Shown: positions 1 through 14,140 of the stretch, piece by piece
Numbering within the stretch: position 1 is the first letter of the stretch
Layout of the letters: each line of letters opens with the position of its first letter
NCBI RefSeq assembly: GCF_036321535.1
Contig: NC_087438.1
Coordinates: 9,240,001 to 9,304,000 of the forward strand
Length of the DNA stretch: 64,000 nucleotides
Reading direction: 5' to 3'
Origin: Camelus dromedarius
Lineage: Eukaryota
Notes under the pieces: generated by a model
Databases searched by the model: none
Told to the model about the DNA's origin: nothing
The model's input: the letters and a program-made list of their open reading frames with translations, nothing else
Made by a program: the position numbers and the translations under genes

Positions 1-2779
1 TTTGTAAAATCACTGAAGAAAGAATTATATTTATAATTTAGAAACTATTCTATATTAATTCAAATGTATTACCAAGGGAGAATACCTTACATTTCAGATC
101 CATTAGACTATGAACAGAAAAAGAGATTTTATTTCTTCTGTAAAATCAGCCAGATACTTATTTTCAATACAAATGGACAATGATAAAAAAAAAAGTCTCA
201 TTTTTGACATATTAGAAAGAGCTCTTCCCTGGGGTGGATATGTGACTCAGTCCTGCTAGATTTCTTGAACTGAATACCCATACTTTTCAAAAGATGTTAA
301 AATTATAGATAAAGAAATAATTGAAAACTATCATATTGACAGCAGGAAGAAAGAGAATTTTCTTAAAACAAACAGTATAATCAAACATCAACTAAAACAC
401 TTAAAAATTTCAGAACTTAGCACTTTTTATTTATAAATATAATTTTTATTCTTGTTTGAAAATAATTTTCATGTTTTTCTATCAAAAATCATTGTCCAAA
501 GATCAATAAGCAAGCTGATTTTTCTTTCATGAGCTATGAAATTTAGTTAAAGCTTTTGGTATATTTTGCTGTATTTTTATAAGATGACATTTTTCAAAAA
601 AGTTTAAATATAAATTTTGTAAATAGATCATTATTAAAAATTAAATTACCAATGTTTATGGCTTTATACATAGATGAATAACACAAAAGCTACAAATTAT
701 TAATAATATTAAAATATTAAATAATTATCAGCTGCATATATCTTGCTATTATAATTTTAAAATACTCAAAACGTTTCTTACAAACATCTAAAATAAATTT
801 AATTATATTAAGCAAATGAAGTTTCTTTATTTTTAATCAAATGTATATATATAAATTATATTTCCCTTTTTTAATTCAACTGAATAAATACATACATAAA
901 TGCAGAACATAAATGTATATGTAGCATTTAAATATACAGAAATATCAGATTCTTATTTTTTCCTTAAGTCATGTTTATTTGTTATTATAGTGGCATAAGA
1001 AGAGAATACAGAATTTTAAATTCTGAAACTTGAACAATTTATCTCTGTATTAGTTTTAGTGACTTTCTTTTACCATACATATTTGATTTATGACAAGAAA
1101 AATCTGCATTAATTTAACTGCTAGCCACTGACATGATATAGGTCCCTGCCTCTTTCAAAAGACTTAGATTCTTCAGATTTGACATGTATCTAATGTTATA
1201 AACAAGTACCCTATAGAATATACTAATGGAGTAATAAAATGTATGTTAATACAATTTAGTGTACTTTTCCTCTGTTTAGGATTTGATATTTCAGCTGCTG
1301 AATTAATAAAAGGTTATTTCCTGGAAATCCATGTGGGCCTAATTTACAAGCACATGAAGATCTGCTAAGAAATACAACCTTATTTCAAAATCACCTCAAA
1401 GGGTCAATAAAGCTGGTATCAGGGCTGTTCAACTAAGCAGGTTGCAAGTAGAGGTCCTTACACTGTGGTCCCTACAGAGTTACAAGAGTAACATATGAGA
1501 CATATTTGAATGCTTGTTGAATATACAGAATCCTTATCTCTGCTCAGAGTTTCTGCATAAAAACTTGAGAGTGATCGTAATATGTACATTTGGGAAGTAC
1601 TTCTTGAGCTGACATTCTGCCAACATACGGAGGGCATCATAGAAAATATGCATCGTAGTATTCACATATAATTGTTTCTTAAGTATTTGTGTATTGTAGT
1701 ATATAATGTTATCAAATCATGTATCCCAATATTCAGAAAGTAGTTGAAGAAAGTATATGTAATATGCTGTCTGAATTATTCTCTCAGCCTCTGTCTGTCT
1801 CTGTCTCTCTACCTCAGTCTGTCTCTCAGACACACACGCATGCACACACATACATGCATGTGTTTTTAATGAAGGGAGTAATGGTGAGATTCTTTGTTGC
1901 TTTAATAGCCCAATTGCTAATTTGGCATTTATTTCTGGATCTGACTAATAATAATGTAGATCAAGGAGTATGTAATAATACTCAATTCACTCAGATTATC
2001 AACAGATCATTTTCTGAGTGCACATTTAAAAGATGGTTATTTATTTGAAAACAATTTAGTAGACATTTTGAATATTTTCAATATCTCTGAGTACTTTTGG
2101 TGATTGTAAATTAGCTATTTAGCAGAATGCTAATATGTAGGTTGGCAATACCAATTAACCAATATTTCCTTGTGATATATTATTACACTGCTTAGGGCTT
2201 AGTATTATTTTGGAAGGCAAATCTAGATATTTAAGGCCCATCTGAGCGCCACTGTAATAAGTAACACAGTTCAGCATCTTTCAGGTTTTCCATCATATAA
2301 TTTGAGAAAAAGGATGAGACAGTTGCAGTGGGCCCAGAGACAAGCAACCCTCAATAGTCTGACTCACTGTAACTCCTGGTGTAAAAGCAGCCACTCATGC
2401 GTCATTATTTGTATAGTAAACAAGAAGCAATCATGAAGATTTGAAGAGAAAAAAAGAATAGTTTCAGGTGAATTCATGAACAGTAAGTAGAGGACCATCA
2501 AGTGGAAGAGAGAGAAAATTGGCCAAGGGCAACCTGGGCAAAGGCCAAGATGAAGTTAAGTTCATGAAGCTGAAAGTTTGCAGTGATGACAGTACTGCCT
2601 GTCGGCCATATTGGTAGAAGCGAAAATCCCTGTCTCCGTTTTACACAGTGGTGATTGATGGTTAACACACAATGAAGGTATTGGGAGATCTGGTTAAATT
2701 AGTTCCCCTGGAATATAACCCTTCATAGCATTTAAAGAACCACTGTCTCTAACTCAGTGCCCTCAAGGTACCTAACTAA

Positions 2780-3360
2780 CTGTACAAATGTATTTTAGTA
2801 ACTATGAGAAAAATGACTAGACAAAAATCAATAAATTAGGGAATTGATGGAGCCAAGCGTTAAGCCTATTTTCATTTTCTAAATTGCAGAAAGGATAATT
2901 GGATGATTTATGCCAGTTGCCTTCCTTTGACAAGGAGCCATGCCTGCTTTGAGCTATTAGTTTCATTCCCAAATACATTTTTTGTGGGTTGATGCATGTC
3001 GTCTAATCTCATTTCTTTCTACTTGTTGAATTGTTGTTTTAACCTAAGCAGTGTCTTCAGTGAATCTTATATGCACCACTTGATTGAGGCCCAACCCAGT
3101 GAGATCAAGTGAAACTCTAATTGACCATCTTCCTCTGACAATGTTAACATTGTCCCTTGTGTACCAAACACTTGGCCGTTAAGAAGCTTTATATTGTCAA
3201 CTAATCCTCTGCCAGTGTTTTTTATCTCTTAACTCCCTGGTACTTCATTTCCCCAAATAATGCAGGTGGATTTTTATTTTAGTTTACTGGACACTATTGT
3301 AAATTGACTGGTTTGGTGATCCAAAGCATCACGATCATCCTTTATAAACATGCATACTAA
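2780..3360 (-). mobile_element. Possible ancient CR1/L3-type LINE RT fragment
   Basis: Decayed minus-strand motifs resembling FKKG..D.GNYRPVSLT (~3300-3350) and SQHGF.KGRSC (~2915-2960); heavily diverged and spacing longer than expected. Confidence 0.3.
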
Positions 3361-4072
3361 TTTCATTCAACATTAACTTAACTAATATGACAACGGCATC
3401 CTCAGAGCCAGTTTCATATCCTTGGATCCTTGGAATACATTGATGAAAAGAAAATATTGCCACTTGTCATCTATTAAAAGAGACAGAAACTTCTAAAATA
3501 AAAATAATGTACTGACAGTGCTAGCAAAGAGGTGTGCCCCCTCACACCTCCCTTCAAATTACTGTGAGTAATCATTTGTTATGGAAATCATTTGCTTTGA
3601 ATTTCCTATGGAAGCTAAAGAAATCACATGCTTCTATATTTTATATATACACACAAAATAACATTCATACCCTAATTTGCTATTCAGGACTTCTCAGTCT
3701 TCTCTAAAATCACCTTTCCAGTACAATTACTGTGTTATTTCCCTGCATTGACCTTCTGTATATCCAACACTGTACCACTGTTCTCTATACCATTTCAATG
3801 GAGCACACACGCCTTATGATGACATGTTTCTAAGTGACGTTCATCCCACTGGGTCTGGAACAAATGATAACTTTTCTTGGAATCTTTTCCCAATACCACT
3901 GATTGATACCAAAATTCTTCTGCTAAATTTAGCTATGCTTCTCTCTTGATATGTCTCATATACCTCTTTAATTACAGTTTTCTGTCTCTATTTTTAATCT
4001 GTCAAACATGGCATAAGTTACTAGACATAAAAATAATAATAGCATTAACCTTAAAAACAATACCGGCTAATC

Positions 4073-4558
4073 TTTTTTAAAGAATATATTTGATGTATAA
4101 CAATGTGTAAATTTAAGGTATAAAAATATTAATTTGACACATGTATATATTGCAATATAATTGCCAATGTAGCAATAATTAGCTCCTCTATCACATTACA
4201 AAATTATCCTTCCTTTTTAGTAGTTGGAATCATTAAGTTCAAGTATCTTAAGAAGTTTGATGGTTATAATACAACATTATTTTTTATATTTACTAAACTG
4301 GGCCTTAGATCTCTAGGGCTTTGGTGAGAATGCGAACTGGTTCACCCACTATGGAAAACAGTATGAAAGCTCCTCAGAAAATCAAAAACTGATCTACCGT
4401 ATGATCAGCAATTCCACTTCCAGGTGTATAACCAAAGGAAATAAAAATGGGATATTGAGATATCTGCACTCCTACGTTTACTGCAGCATTATTCACAACA
4501 GCCAAGATACGGAAACAACCTTAGTTCTCATCAGGGGATGGATGGATAAAAATGATGT
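4073..4558 (-). mobile_element. Old L1 3' end (L1MA9/L1_Art-like) with inverted ORF2 C-terminal piece
   Basis: Poly(T) and antisense 3'UTR 4073-4320, then sense ORF2-end sequence (..cactatggaaaacagtatg...ggataaaaatg) 4321-4558. Confidence 0.75.
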
Positions 4559-6432
4559 GTTCATCTCACTAGACAAGAGCTAGAATCACAAATTTCTGCT
4601 AGATAATTCCTTCTCCATCTAGGACATGCTGAAAGGACTGAGGGGCAAAATGATTAAGCTTCCTAGGACCCTATTGTTAAATTAAGAGGATTTGAGACAA
4701 AACTAATCTTAAAGCAAGGAGAGAGAAAACAAGAGAGTGAGAGTGACAGAGGGAGAGTCAGACAGACAGACACAGAAATGTTCAAATTTAATACTCTATC
4801 ATCAGGCTCCTCAAAATTTAGTAGTAAAATTGATTTTTTCTTGAGGATGGAAAAAATTCAATTGTCTTTAAACAACACTTTAGCCAACATAAATTTTAGT
4901 ATTTTAAATAGACAACTGAAATACACAAATCAATCATTACCCCCTTTATTTCTGACCATTCTTATCTTTCAGATGCTCATATTTTCTGTCATTTTACCTG
5001 ATTTTTTTTCCTTTTTTTATTTATAGATCCACTTCACAGCTCATTTGCTGGCAATATCATATAATTGGTTTTCTCTTTGATGTGTTCTGAATACCTGGTT
5101 TTAGGTTAGGAGCTTGAACAATGGAGCACATATCTCTGTCTGCCCAATAAACCAAATTTATGGCAAAAAAGCTTGATTTTTAAGCTCTCATAGACAAGGA
5201 GGGCAATTTATCTTTTGCTTCCATTGAGTTCATTTCACATATTGGGGAAATCTGTTCTGGATAATCTAAAACCTTTTTTCCATCCACTTCCTCTTAGCTT
5301 TTTTTCATCAATTATCCCCTTTGTTTCTGTTTGTTTGTTTGTTTTGAAGGTCAGAGACTAAGGGAAAAAACTGCCTTTATTTATAACCCCTCATTTTTTT
5401 CTTTCATTATTAATTATCTGTTTGAAAGTAGTAGACAATAAATGCCTCTACTTCTTTATGCCCGTTCAATAAACTTAAAAAAATCTAAGACGGTTTAGCA
5501 TCATTTATTTGTCAATGTTTCCCTGTACCTCAATAAACTCTTATACCAAGGAGAGTGATGCTGACACCATCAGGCCTGCCATCCTTAACTCCTTGTAGCA
5601 TTTTATCTTCATGACCACAACCTCTAACCTTGAAATATCCTCTAAAGTCTGATCTTTTTTCCAGACTCTGTATCATGTCTTATTTATGTCAAATTGAATA
5701 CTGAATTATAAATTTATCTCTGGTTGATATCTTCCATATGTCATTCTCCCTCCACTTCGTCCATACATTTACCTCTAAGTATCTCCTCTCTCTTGTTAAC
5801 TGATTATATAGGTAATTCCCAAATCTGCAGATAGCTCCACCTTCTGAGATCTAGTCCAGAATCTTCAACTACTCCTTTGGAATTTCCTATAAGGCCCCAT
5901 TATCTGTAAAGAAAAAAATAAACAAAGCAAAGAAACAAAAACAAAAATCCCCAAAACACGTTCTCAAAGTCATCCTCTTGAGTTTCCCACTAAGAAAAAT
6001 AGCACAGAGGTTATCAGTGCTCCCTGGTAAACACATGTTTCAGATATAAGTACAAGCTCCATGATAGCTCCCACGTCTACACCCTTCTGACCTCTTCTAA
6101 TGCTTACCATTGCTCATGGAGCTGAACACTTACTACTTCACTCTGGTAGGTATTTATCAAGTACCAGCTATGAGCAGGCATTGCCCTGGGTCCTGGAACA
6201 TAAAGATGAAAAAGATAGTGGTAACACATAGTTTAAATTTTCAACAAGCCCATCTATTTGACATTCATATTATTATATATATGAATTTGTGGATATTTTC
6301 CTATGATTTAAAGTAAAAATGACACAGAAAAAATCACGATATAAAACATATCTCCATAGCATTTTCCATCAATATGCTCAAATATGTTATATCTTATGTT
6401 ATATATATATTTTTTACTGTTCCAAGTCTTAC

Positions 6433-6930
6433 AAATATTTAATTTTTTTAACATTTTTTATTGATTTATAATCATTTTACAATGTTGTGTCAAATTCCAG
6501 TGTTCAGCACAATTTTTCAGTCATACATGGACGTATACACACTCATTGTCACATTTTTTTCTCTGTGAGCTACCATAACATTTTGTGTATATTTCCCTGT
6601 GCTATACAGTATAATCTTGTTTATCTATTCTACAATTTTGAAATCCAAAGTGTTGGTTAAAATATAACATAAGACTCAATACGACTTATGTTATATTTTA
6701 ACCAACACTTTTGATCAACATATATAGCCAGCATAAATGTTTCCCTCAAATCAAGACAAAGCTCAGGTTTTGAGTGCTTTGAGTGAAGAATCTAAACAGA
6801 GTTTGTTTGTGCTTGAGATAGTAAAATAAAGAAGTAACAAAGTTTGTTTGTATAGACTTAGCCCCAAATTCTCTGTCTGTGGCAATAACTGTGTCTTTAA
6901 TAAGAGCATCTCTTGATGCAGGGAACTCAT
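6433..6930 (-). pseudogene. Candidate pseudo-exon interrupted by L1 (6443-6646)
   Basis: Acceptor tttctcttgtgaaag| in phase 1; about 60 open codons xEFPASRDALIKDTVIATDREFGAKSIQTNFVTSLFYYLKHKQTL... (3' half of ORF 6746..7123); donor TTT|GTAAGA survives at 6432-6427 just beyond the L1 poly(A). Confidence 0.55.
6443..6646 (-). mobile_element. Young L1 3'UTR, 5'-truncated (~200 bp)
   Basis: Near-identical to the 3' ends at 39343-39520 and 34374-34545. Confidence 0.9.
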
Positions 6931-7678
6931 CTTTCACAAGAGAAATTTGAAATTGGTTATTCAAAATAATCAATATTATATGTGGCCCTCCCTGAGCCCC
7001 ACCATGTGTATTCATGTGTAAAAGACAGATATTATCAAAAATGGAATCAGTAGGACAAAATAAATAATCGAGTTTATGTCGTGGTGGGAAGAGGAGAGAG
7101 AGCAGTAGCCTGTTACAATTCATCGTCTGTTCACACAGTTATGATGGACACATATGGAGCTCCCCATGTAGAAAGATCTTGTAGATTTTGTGAACATGTA
7201 CATGAAAACCTACCTATGAATACCTGCATGCCATTCCTCACATAAGCACGATGTTCCACGAGCCACTCACAAGAGAATGCATATGGAGAGCAGAACTGCA
7301 GTTTACCAAAAACATTAAATTTTAGTTTGAAAAGAAGCATACCTCTCTTAGCTAGAATGGCTTTTCTGGACAATCCAGAGTTTTTATCTGTGAATTTAAA
7401 ACTTCAGTCTTATTAACAGATGCAGACTGACTGTGGAACACCAGCTATTGGAACTTGCCCAAGCACACTCTCTCTGGAAGGGGAAAGCTGCCTCGGTACC
7501 CAAGTCGCCCATCCACATCAGACTCCACCAAAAGTCCCTTTTTATTAGAGCAGGTAGGAGAGTGTCCAGAGCAGTCCTACAGTGGGCACTCTCCCTCTTC
7601 TCATACACATACACCCCAAATAAAGTTGGAAATATACTTTTTAAATGTCATCATCTCCATATTTGATACATAGTGGAT

Positions 7679-8138
7679 ACCCTGGCTTGAATAATGCCCC
7701 TCTCCAAACAAATTCATGTCCACATAGAACCTCAGAAAGGTTTTGAGGAGTGGAAAAAGGGTTCTTCCAGATGTGATCCATTAAATTAAGATGAGGTCAC
7801 ACAGCACTAGTGTGGGTCCTACATCCAGTGACTCGTGTCCTTATAAGAGCAGGAGAGGACACACAGAGTCATGGAGATGTGGAAGGAAGAAGGCCATGGT
7901 GACAACAGAGGTGCAGACTGGAGTGATGCAGCTATAAGCCAAGGAAGGTCAAGGTTTGCCAGTAATTACCAAATATTGGGACCAGGTAAGGAAGCGTACT
8001 CCTGGGGAAGGAGAAAGAATGGTCACACCAACATCTTGATTTTGAACTTCCAGCCTCCAGAACCATGGGACAATGAATACTTGTTGTTTTAAGCAACCCA
8101 ATGTAGGACACTCTATTGCAGCCCTAGGAAATTAATAC
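7679..8138 (+). mobile_element. MLT1B/C-type solo LTR (ERVL-MaLR)
   Basis: Hallmarks gtccttataagag, cttccagcctccagaac, ttgttgttttaagc, terminal gcagccctaggaaattaatac. Confidence 0.85.
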
Positions 8139-8969
8139 TGTAGGATCAATAATTTTGGTTAAAACAGATATTAAAATTTGTGACTATTTAAACTAATTAT
8201 CTGAAATGGAAAAAAATTACCACATAATGAAAATAAGAAAAGGGAATCAAGAAAATAGTAGCTTTTCATAAATTGCTGCTTGATATGGAAACCTGAAGAC
8301 AGAAGGTATGCGTTTGACGTGTATTTCAAGCATTCCTGACAAAATCCTCCACTCTTTCATCTGTTTCCTTAGGGTTAAAAGGCTTAGCTACAGTTTGAAA
8401 TACTTCATATAGATAAGCTTACAGACTCAGCTTTTAATGAGACTATTTCAGGAAGAAATATATAATTAAAAGTATAAATCAAGACTTAAACCCAGCTAAA
8501 AGGATTTCTACTAAAATCACAATATGTGTATGCAAATTCACTAGAGTTTAACACACTGGAGGTAAAAAAAGGAAAGAAACTTACAGAAAATGCTCATGCT
8601 CAAATTTTAGTACTACAGAAGAAAAGGCGACGGGCTTCTTATCTCATGAGAGAGGATGTTTGTGTGTCTCCCTTTGTTTTTGTTGTTGTCTGCTGTTTGT
8701 CATATGGAGATTGAGGATCTCCAATACTCTTTTTATTGCGTAAATGATAGATTCTTGAGTTGTTTCCAATATGGAAGCCTCTTTCTGACACGAGTGTGGT
8801 CCTCAGTGCTAGGAATGTGGACTGGGCTCCATATTGCCACTCCTGAAGGCAAGTGAGAGGGATGAGGACTGCTCATCCCTCTGCCGTGAGGAGCTGGGCT
8901 GTGAGGTGCGTTTCGGCCTATTCAGGAAAACTGGTTTTTTACATTTGCCTCCCTTCTGTATGTCCTCTT

Positions 8970-9050
8970 CTCCTTCCTTTCTCTTTCTTCCTTTCATTTC
9001 CTTCCTTCCTTCTTTCCTTCCTTCATTTCTTCCTTCCTTCCTTTTTCCTT
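8970..9050. repeat. (TTCC)n-like simple repeat
   Basis: Pyrimidine tract of ttcc/tttc units. Confidence 0.85.
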
Positions 9051-9423
9051 AATACCTTTTATCTTTCTTAAATATTTTCAACTCTTGTTGTAACAGCGTA
9101 TTCCTTTCCGTATGATTTTATATTTTCTAAATTCATAATAATTAATATATGCTACTTTAATTTTATTTTTATCATTATAAAAGCCATAGATGGTGTTAAT
9201 GAGGGGTGGATAATCCCTCTATATGTAGAAGAACACTGTCCAATTCGACCACTTATTGAAGCACTTGGGTGAGGTAGCCTTACCTTTCTCCTTGTTCTTA
9301 TCACTTTTTTAAAGTTTTATAGTATTGGACTTATACAATTTTAAGTTATTATAATTGAGTTAGAGAGCAAACTAATTTCTCATTCATTTTTTTTACAGCA
9401 GGAACATCACTTTAGCATCTTAC

Positions 9424-9499
9424 AGCCATGCTCAAGTAGTCAAGCTACATAGTGTCTTTCGCTTACTGGGCTCATGCTTAAGATGAAAGAAATGGCAAC
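9424..9499 (-). pseudogene. Candidate pseudo-exon (76 bp, phase 0-1)
   Basis: Acceptor ctttagcttatag|, donor GCT|GTAAGA; VAISFILSMSPVSERHYVA*LLEHG; phases fit both neighbours. Confidence 0.55.
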
Positions 9500-11799
9500 C
9501 TATAAGCTAAAGCTGAAAATGTCAGTGTGTGAATTGACATATAGAATAGATAATTATCAAATGGTATAGTAATTATAAGAGTTTTTAAGGAGTACCATTT
9601 GCTTATTAAAAGGTAGGAATACAATTCCTATTGGAAAAAGGATTAGAGTCCTTAATATGTTGACTGAAAGTTTGGCAAATGTTATATTTGAATTTAATGA
9701 CAGAGAAATTGCCTGAAAAGAAAAAAGCAGGAATACATGTCTTGTAAATTAGTGAAGAGATTTTGCCACTGTCAACATTAATATTTAATCATCAAAGAGT
9801 GAATATTTAAAAGATGATATGGTGACTGTGAATACTTGTTTTTAATATCTAGCTAGTCTCACATCACTCTAATAAAACAATAAAATAAGTCACTTTAGTT
9901 CATTTTGCTAATGCTACATGATGTGTGTGTCAGAAGGAAATTGTTCATCACACTTCCTCAAGGCAGAGCCACAGGAATGATATTTTACTTCTTGTGGTAA
10001 TATTATGGCTTTTTCCCCCAGCTTGTAATTGCATAAAGTGTCAAGAAAGAAAATGCTTCTAAGTAAAATATAATACATATCAACTCAAAGAATTACATCA
10101 AAAATGCTAACTTGCTGTTTTCTCAACATGGATAATAGCTTTGCTTAGGGGCACTGAAAGCAGAAATACTATCACATGTTGTCAAGGGGGCAGAGATTGT
10201 TGAGACATGTTGCTCCATAAAAGAGAAACAGAAATGTTTTACTTACAAAAATAGCTGTATGAAAAGGGAAAATAGAAATCTGTACGCCTGGTATTACAGC
10301 ATCTCTTTACCTTTGAGATTGTATTTTCAGATTCCTTAAGAAAATCATTATTATAGACTCAGACCATAAAGGTAATAGCTTAAATATATATTTAGATTAG
10401 AATAGTTTTAATTGTTAATGTTTTCACTGCCATAAACAATAGTAATTAATCAGTGATTTACTTTCTGGGGCAAGAAAGTAAATAGAGATCCTCTACAAAA
10501 TGGACCTAAGGGAGTTGAAAGACATATGGTGACACTAACTTAAAGAATGAGTTAAATAACTAGATATAATTTATGAGGGAATAGTGGAGACCTAGGATTG
10601 CCCACAGTTGTCCAGACTGAGGGACTAGGTAAGTGATCATGTCATTCTCTGAGATTAACAAAAATGATATAATAAGATATATGGGCAAAATTGGACTAAC
10701 ATGTTTATAAAGCAGATGAGAATGGATGATCATAGAACACCTAAATGTATAGGTGTGGGGCTATGCAGAAAGAGATGGGAAAGAAAAAAAATATCAGCCA
10801 CTAATTGGAGAAAAAGAGACAGACAGACTAGAGAATAGAAGAAAGAATTGAGTCAAAGAAAGAAACATTTCAAAGTTGTACTGATACTGAAGATCACAGC
10901 TGAGGTCATAGTTTCACATAAATTAGTTCTTCATAGCACAGGGGAAGAACCTGAGAACACCAGAGTGGATATATAAGAGAAAGAAAGTGAGGATGCTGAG
11001 GACACTGGGCAAATGCTGGTGGATGTAGAGAATAAAGAACCTGGGCTGAAATAGAAAGGAAATAAGTAACTCTAAGATCAACAGAGTAAGAAAAATGGAA
11101 GAATGAGGGGATAAAAGCATTGATAAGTTAGAAGAACCTTTTAAAGGAAACCAAGGAAATAGCAGGTACAAAAAGATAGAAGCTGTTGTCAGATAATGCT
11201 GTCTATTTCTTGTTACATGTGGTTATACAGAAAAAGTGGTTTGGTCCCAGTCCTAAAACATGTGAGATGATACATGTATCTGAGTCCATCAACTGAAGTA
11301 CCCCTACATCTAGGTCAGCTTTTGAAGGGCTTTTGTATATCCAGCTAGCTGGAGTCGAAAAAGATAATCAACTCTTTTGGAACTCTTTTTCTAAAGATGG
11401 CATTTAAATGGATCCATCTACCATAGTGGGAAGTTTTGAAAAAGTGAGGGCTTCTCCACCTCCAGCTGAGCACAGAAACTTTGGAGGTCCATTTTTGCTT
11501 CTTAGAGTGTAGACAGGAAAGTGGTTTTACTAGAAGAGTCCAAGAAGTCGTCTCATGCAGTGTCATTGTATATTCCAAGAGTATCTAGAGAAACAGTATC
11601 AGCCAAATAGAATAACCCTCAGTGGACAATACAGCAGAATATCTGTCTTCTTCAGTTAGTAGCAGGATTCCAACAGAAGTGGGACATTTCCCAAATATGT
11701 GCTTGCATCTGTTTGCTTCTGCTCCTTTAGCTAAAGTCCAGAATCAATGTGAAAGGCACAATCCATGGTGTAAATATATTTAAATCGTATTACATAATA

Positions 11800-12870
11800 T
11801 GTTACGTATGAATAAACTCAACAATAAGTGTGCAAGACATCTACAATAGAAATTACAAAGTATTGCTTAGTGAATTTAAAGAAGACCTAAATAAATGGAA
11901 ATGTATGCTATGTTCATGTTTTGGAAAGATTCGATGCTGCAAATTGTAATTTCTCTCCAAAATAACCTACAGAATAGCATGATTCCAACAATAAACCCAG
12001 TAGATTTTTTATTGTTTATGCAGAACTTTGCAAATTGTTTCTAAAATGTGTATGGAAATTCAAAGGACCTAAAATTCCAAAACAATTAAAAAAAACCTTA
12101 TACTTATTTGATTTCAAGAATTACTATAAATCTATACTAATAAAGACAGTAGAATACTGACAAAAGTATTGACAAATGGATCAAAAGAAACAAATAGCAC
12201 AAAACTAAAGCTATCTTTACATAACCACTTGATATTTGACAAAGGTTCCAAAACAGCCCAAAAGGAAAGGGGAAGTTTTTCCAATAAATATTTCATAAAA
12301 ACAGAACATACTGTATGCAGTAAAATTAAACTCAAATCCTACCTCACACCATACACAAAAATAGAACATAACCTAAGACATAATATGTTTAGAAGAGAAA
12401 TAATCTAGTAGGATATCTCCATAATTTGGGATCAGTAAATATTTCTTAGCATACAAAATGTAATAAACATAAAGAAAAAAGTTGCTAACTTAGACTTCAT
12501 CGAAGCTAAACATTTTTGCTCATCTGGAGTCACTCTTAAGAAAATGAATAGGAAAGCCACATTCTGGGGGGGACAATATATGCAAAACAAGTGTCTAAGA
12601 AAGGACTGTCATTTAGGATAAATAAGGAAATTAATGATTAGAAAAACAAACTCCAAAACAGGCAACAATTTGAAAAAACACATCATTAAAGTATGCAAAT
12701 CACCAATAAGCACATGAAAAGATGCTTGACAACCTTGGTCATTAAAGAAGTTCAATTTAAAATCACATTAACCTACAAATGCTTCAGAAAGGTAAAACTA
12801 AAAATACTGGAAGTTGAAAGTGTTAGAATGTGTGTGTAACAGCCAGGACTCACATCCACTATTACTAGGA
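11800..12870 (+). mobile_element. Old L1M ORF2 fragment
   Basis: Degenerate ORF2 motifs (aaagaagacctaaataaatgg; tcctacctcacaccatacacaaaa; aataagcacatgaaaagatgct). Confidence 0.85.
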
Positions 12871-14140
12871 AATCCATAGAGAGTGTAGAAATTAACTGTT
12901 GTATGCATATAAAAACTCTTACAACATACATAATTGATTTAAGATCAAGAATCCTCTAAATTTACAATTAGCATGACATTTTCATATTTCTTGTTGTAAC
13001 TTAACTTTTCATCTTGATTTACTATAGGAAGCTTCAATCTCAACACCACTGGTTGCCTTGAAATATGAGCACACACAAGTCCCCTAGTAACTTATTAAAA
13101 ACTTTCAACCTTTCAATGATACTGGAAACATAAAAATCTTTAATTTTCTTTGATTGTTTGCAGATCTTCTGTGCATTAAATTGCTACTGGAAAAAAATTA
13201 TATTTCATATCACCAGACCCAATGCCATAAAATTAAATTACTGGTAAACTTTCTCTTTAGCCCAATGGCATGTCAGTACTTTGTATTTTCATAACATTTT
13301 ATATTCCTATTTTCTTATTCAAGTACTTACCAAACTTCCCTGTTAAACTGAAATTTCAGTAAGTGTAGCATCCATGTACATTTACAATATTTTACCCAAT
13401 AATGATTTTACTTACCACAGCGAGCTTCTAAAGCTATAGAACAATTCATATTTATCTACCCAGGTATCTTCAAATGGTAAACACACATATATCTGATATG
13501 TGCATGGTGGCAAAAGTTTGGCAAAAGTTCAGCAAATATTTATTGACTGGATAAATTGATGAAAAAAATCTACAACTATTTGAGCTGTACTATTTTATTT
13601 TTCATTTCTTTTTTAAACATGCTATAGCTCCATTGCTTACAAGATTGACTACTTCTATAAGATATTTAAGACTATTAAAATAAAAATGTAAGTTAAAAGA
13701 ATGAGACAAAACTATTTACACTGCATCCATAATTAAGTCCAAGCTTAGCAAAGTAAAAACAATTATCGATTTTAAAATATTTGAATAACCTATTTAGATT
13801 TAGCGTGGTACTTGTGATAAAATAGCTTGTGAGAAATTTCTTTCAAATAGTTGATCAATTTGATTGTGTCTTTCTGATACAATGGTCTGTGTTTATTTTT
13901 TATATCATGAGAATGGAATTCCATATTTTTTTATTTACCATTGATTAACCCTGTTTCTTAATGGATATTTCTTTTGTGCTTACCCAGAACAAGGTATCAT
14001 ATATAGTAGAAGCTGGGAAAATGTGATGAATGAAGACAATATATGTGCTGCAGGAACTGGTGATCTAATGAGGAAGATATTTTAACAATGATTCCACCAG
14101 GACCATATTTAGTTTCAGACTAACATATAGAAAAGCATCT

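Noticed and set aside
91..1553. Further downstream exons (91-137, 1462-1552)
   Set aside because: Splice-like ends and compatible phase, but short and not clearly protein-like; cannot be supported without alignment.
6960..7670. Endogenous viral or transposase relic (several overlapping ORFs)
   Set aside because: No diagnostic motif found in the frames examined; only the part below 6930 fits the exon model.
13410..13560. Minus-strand exon with TG|GTAAGT donor
   Set aside because: Lies in an L2 3'-end-like sequence and has no convincing acceptor.
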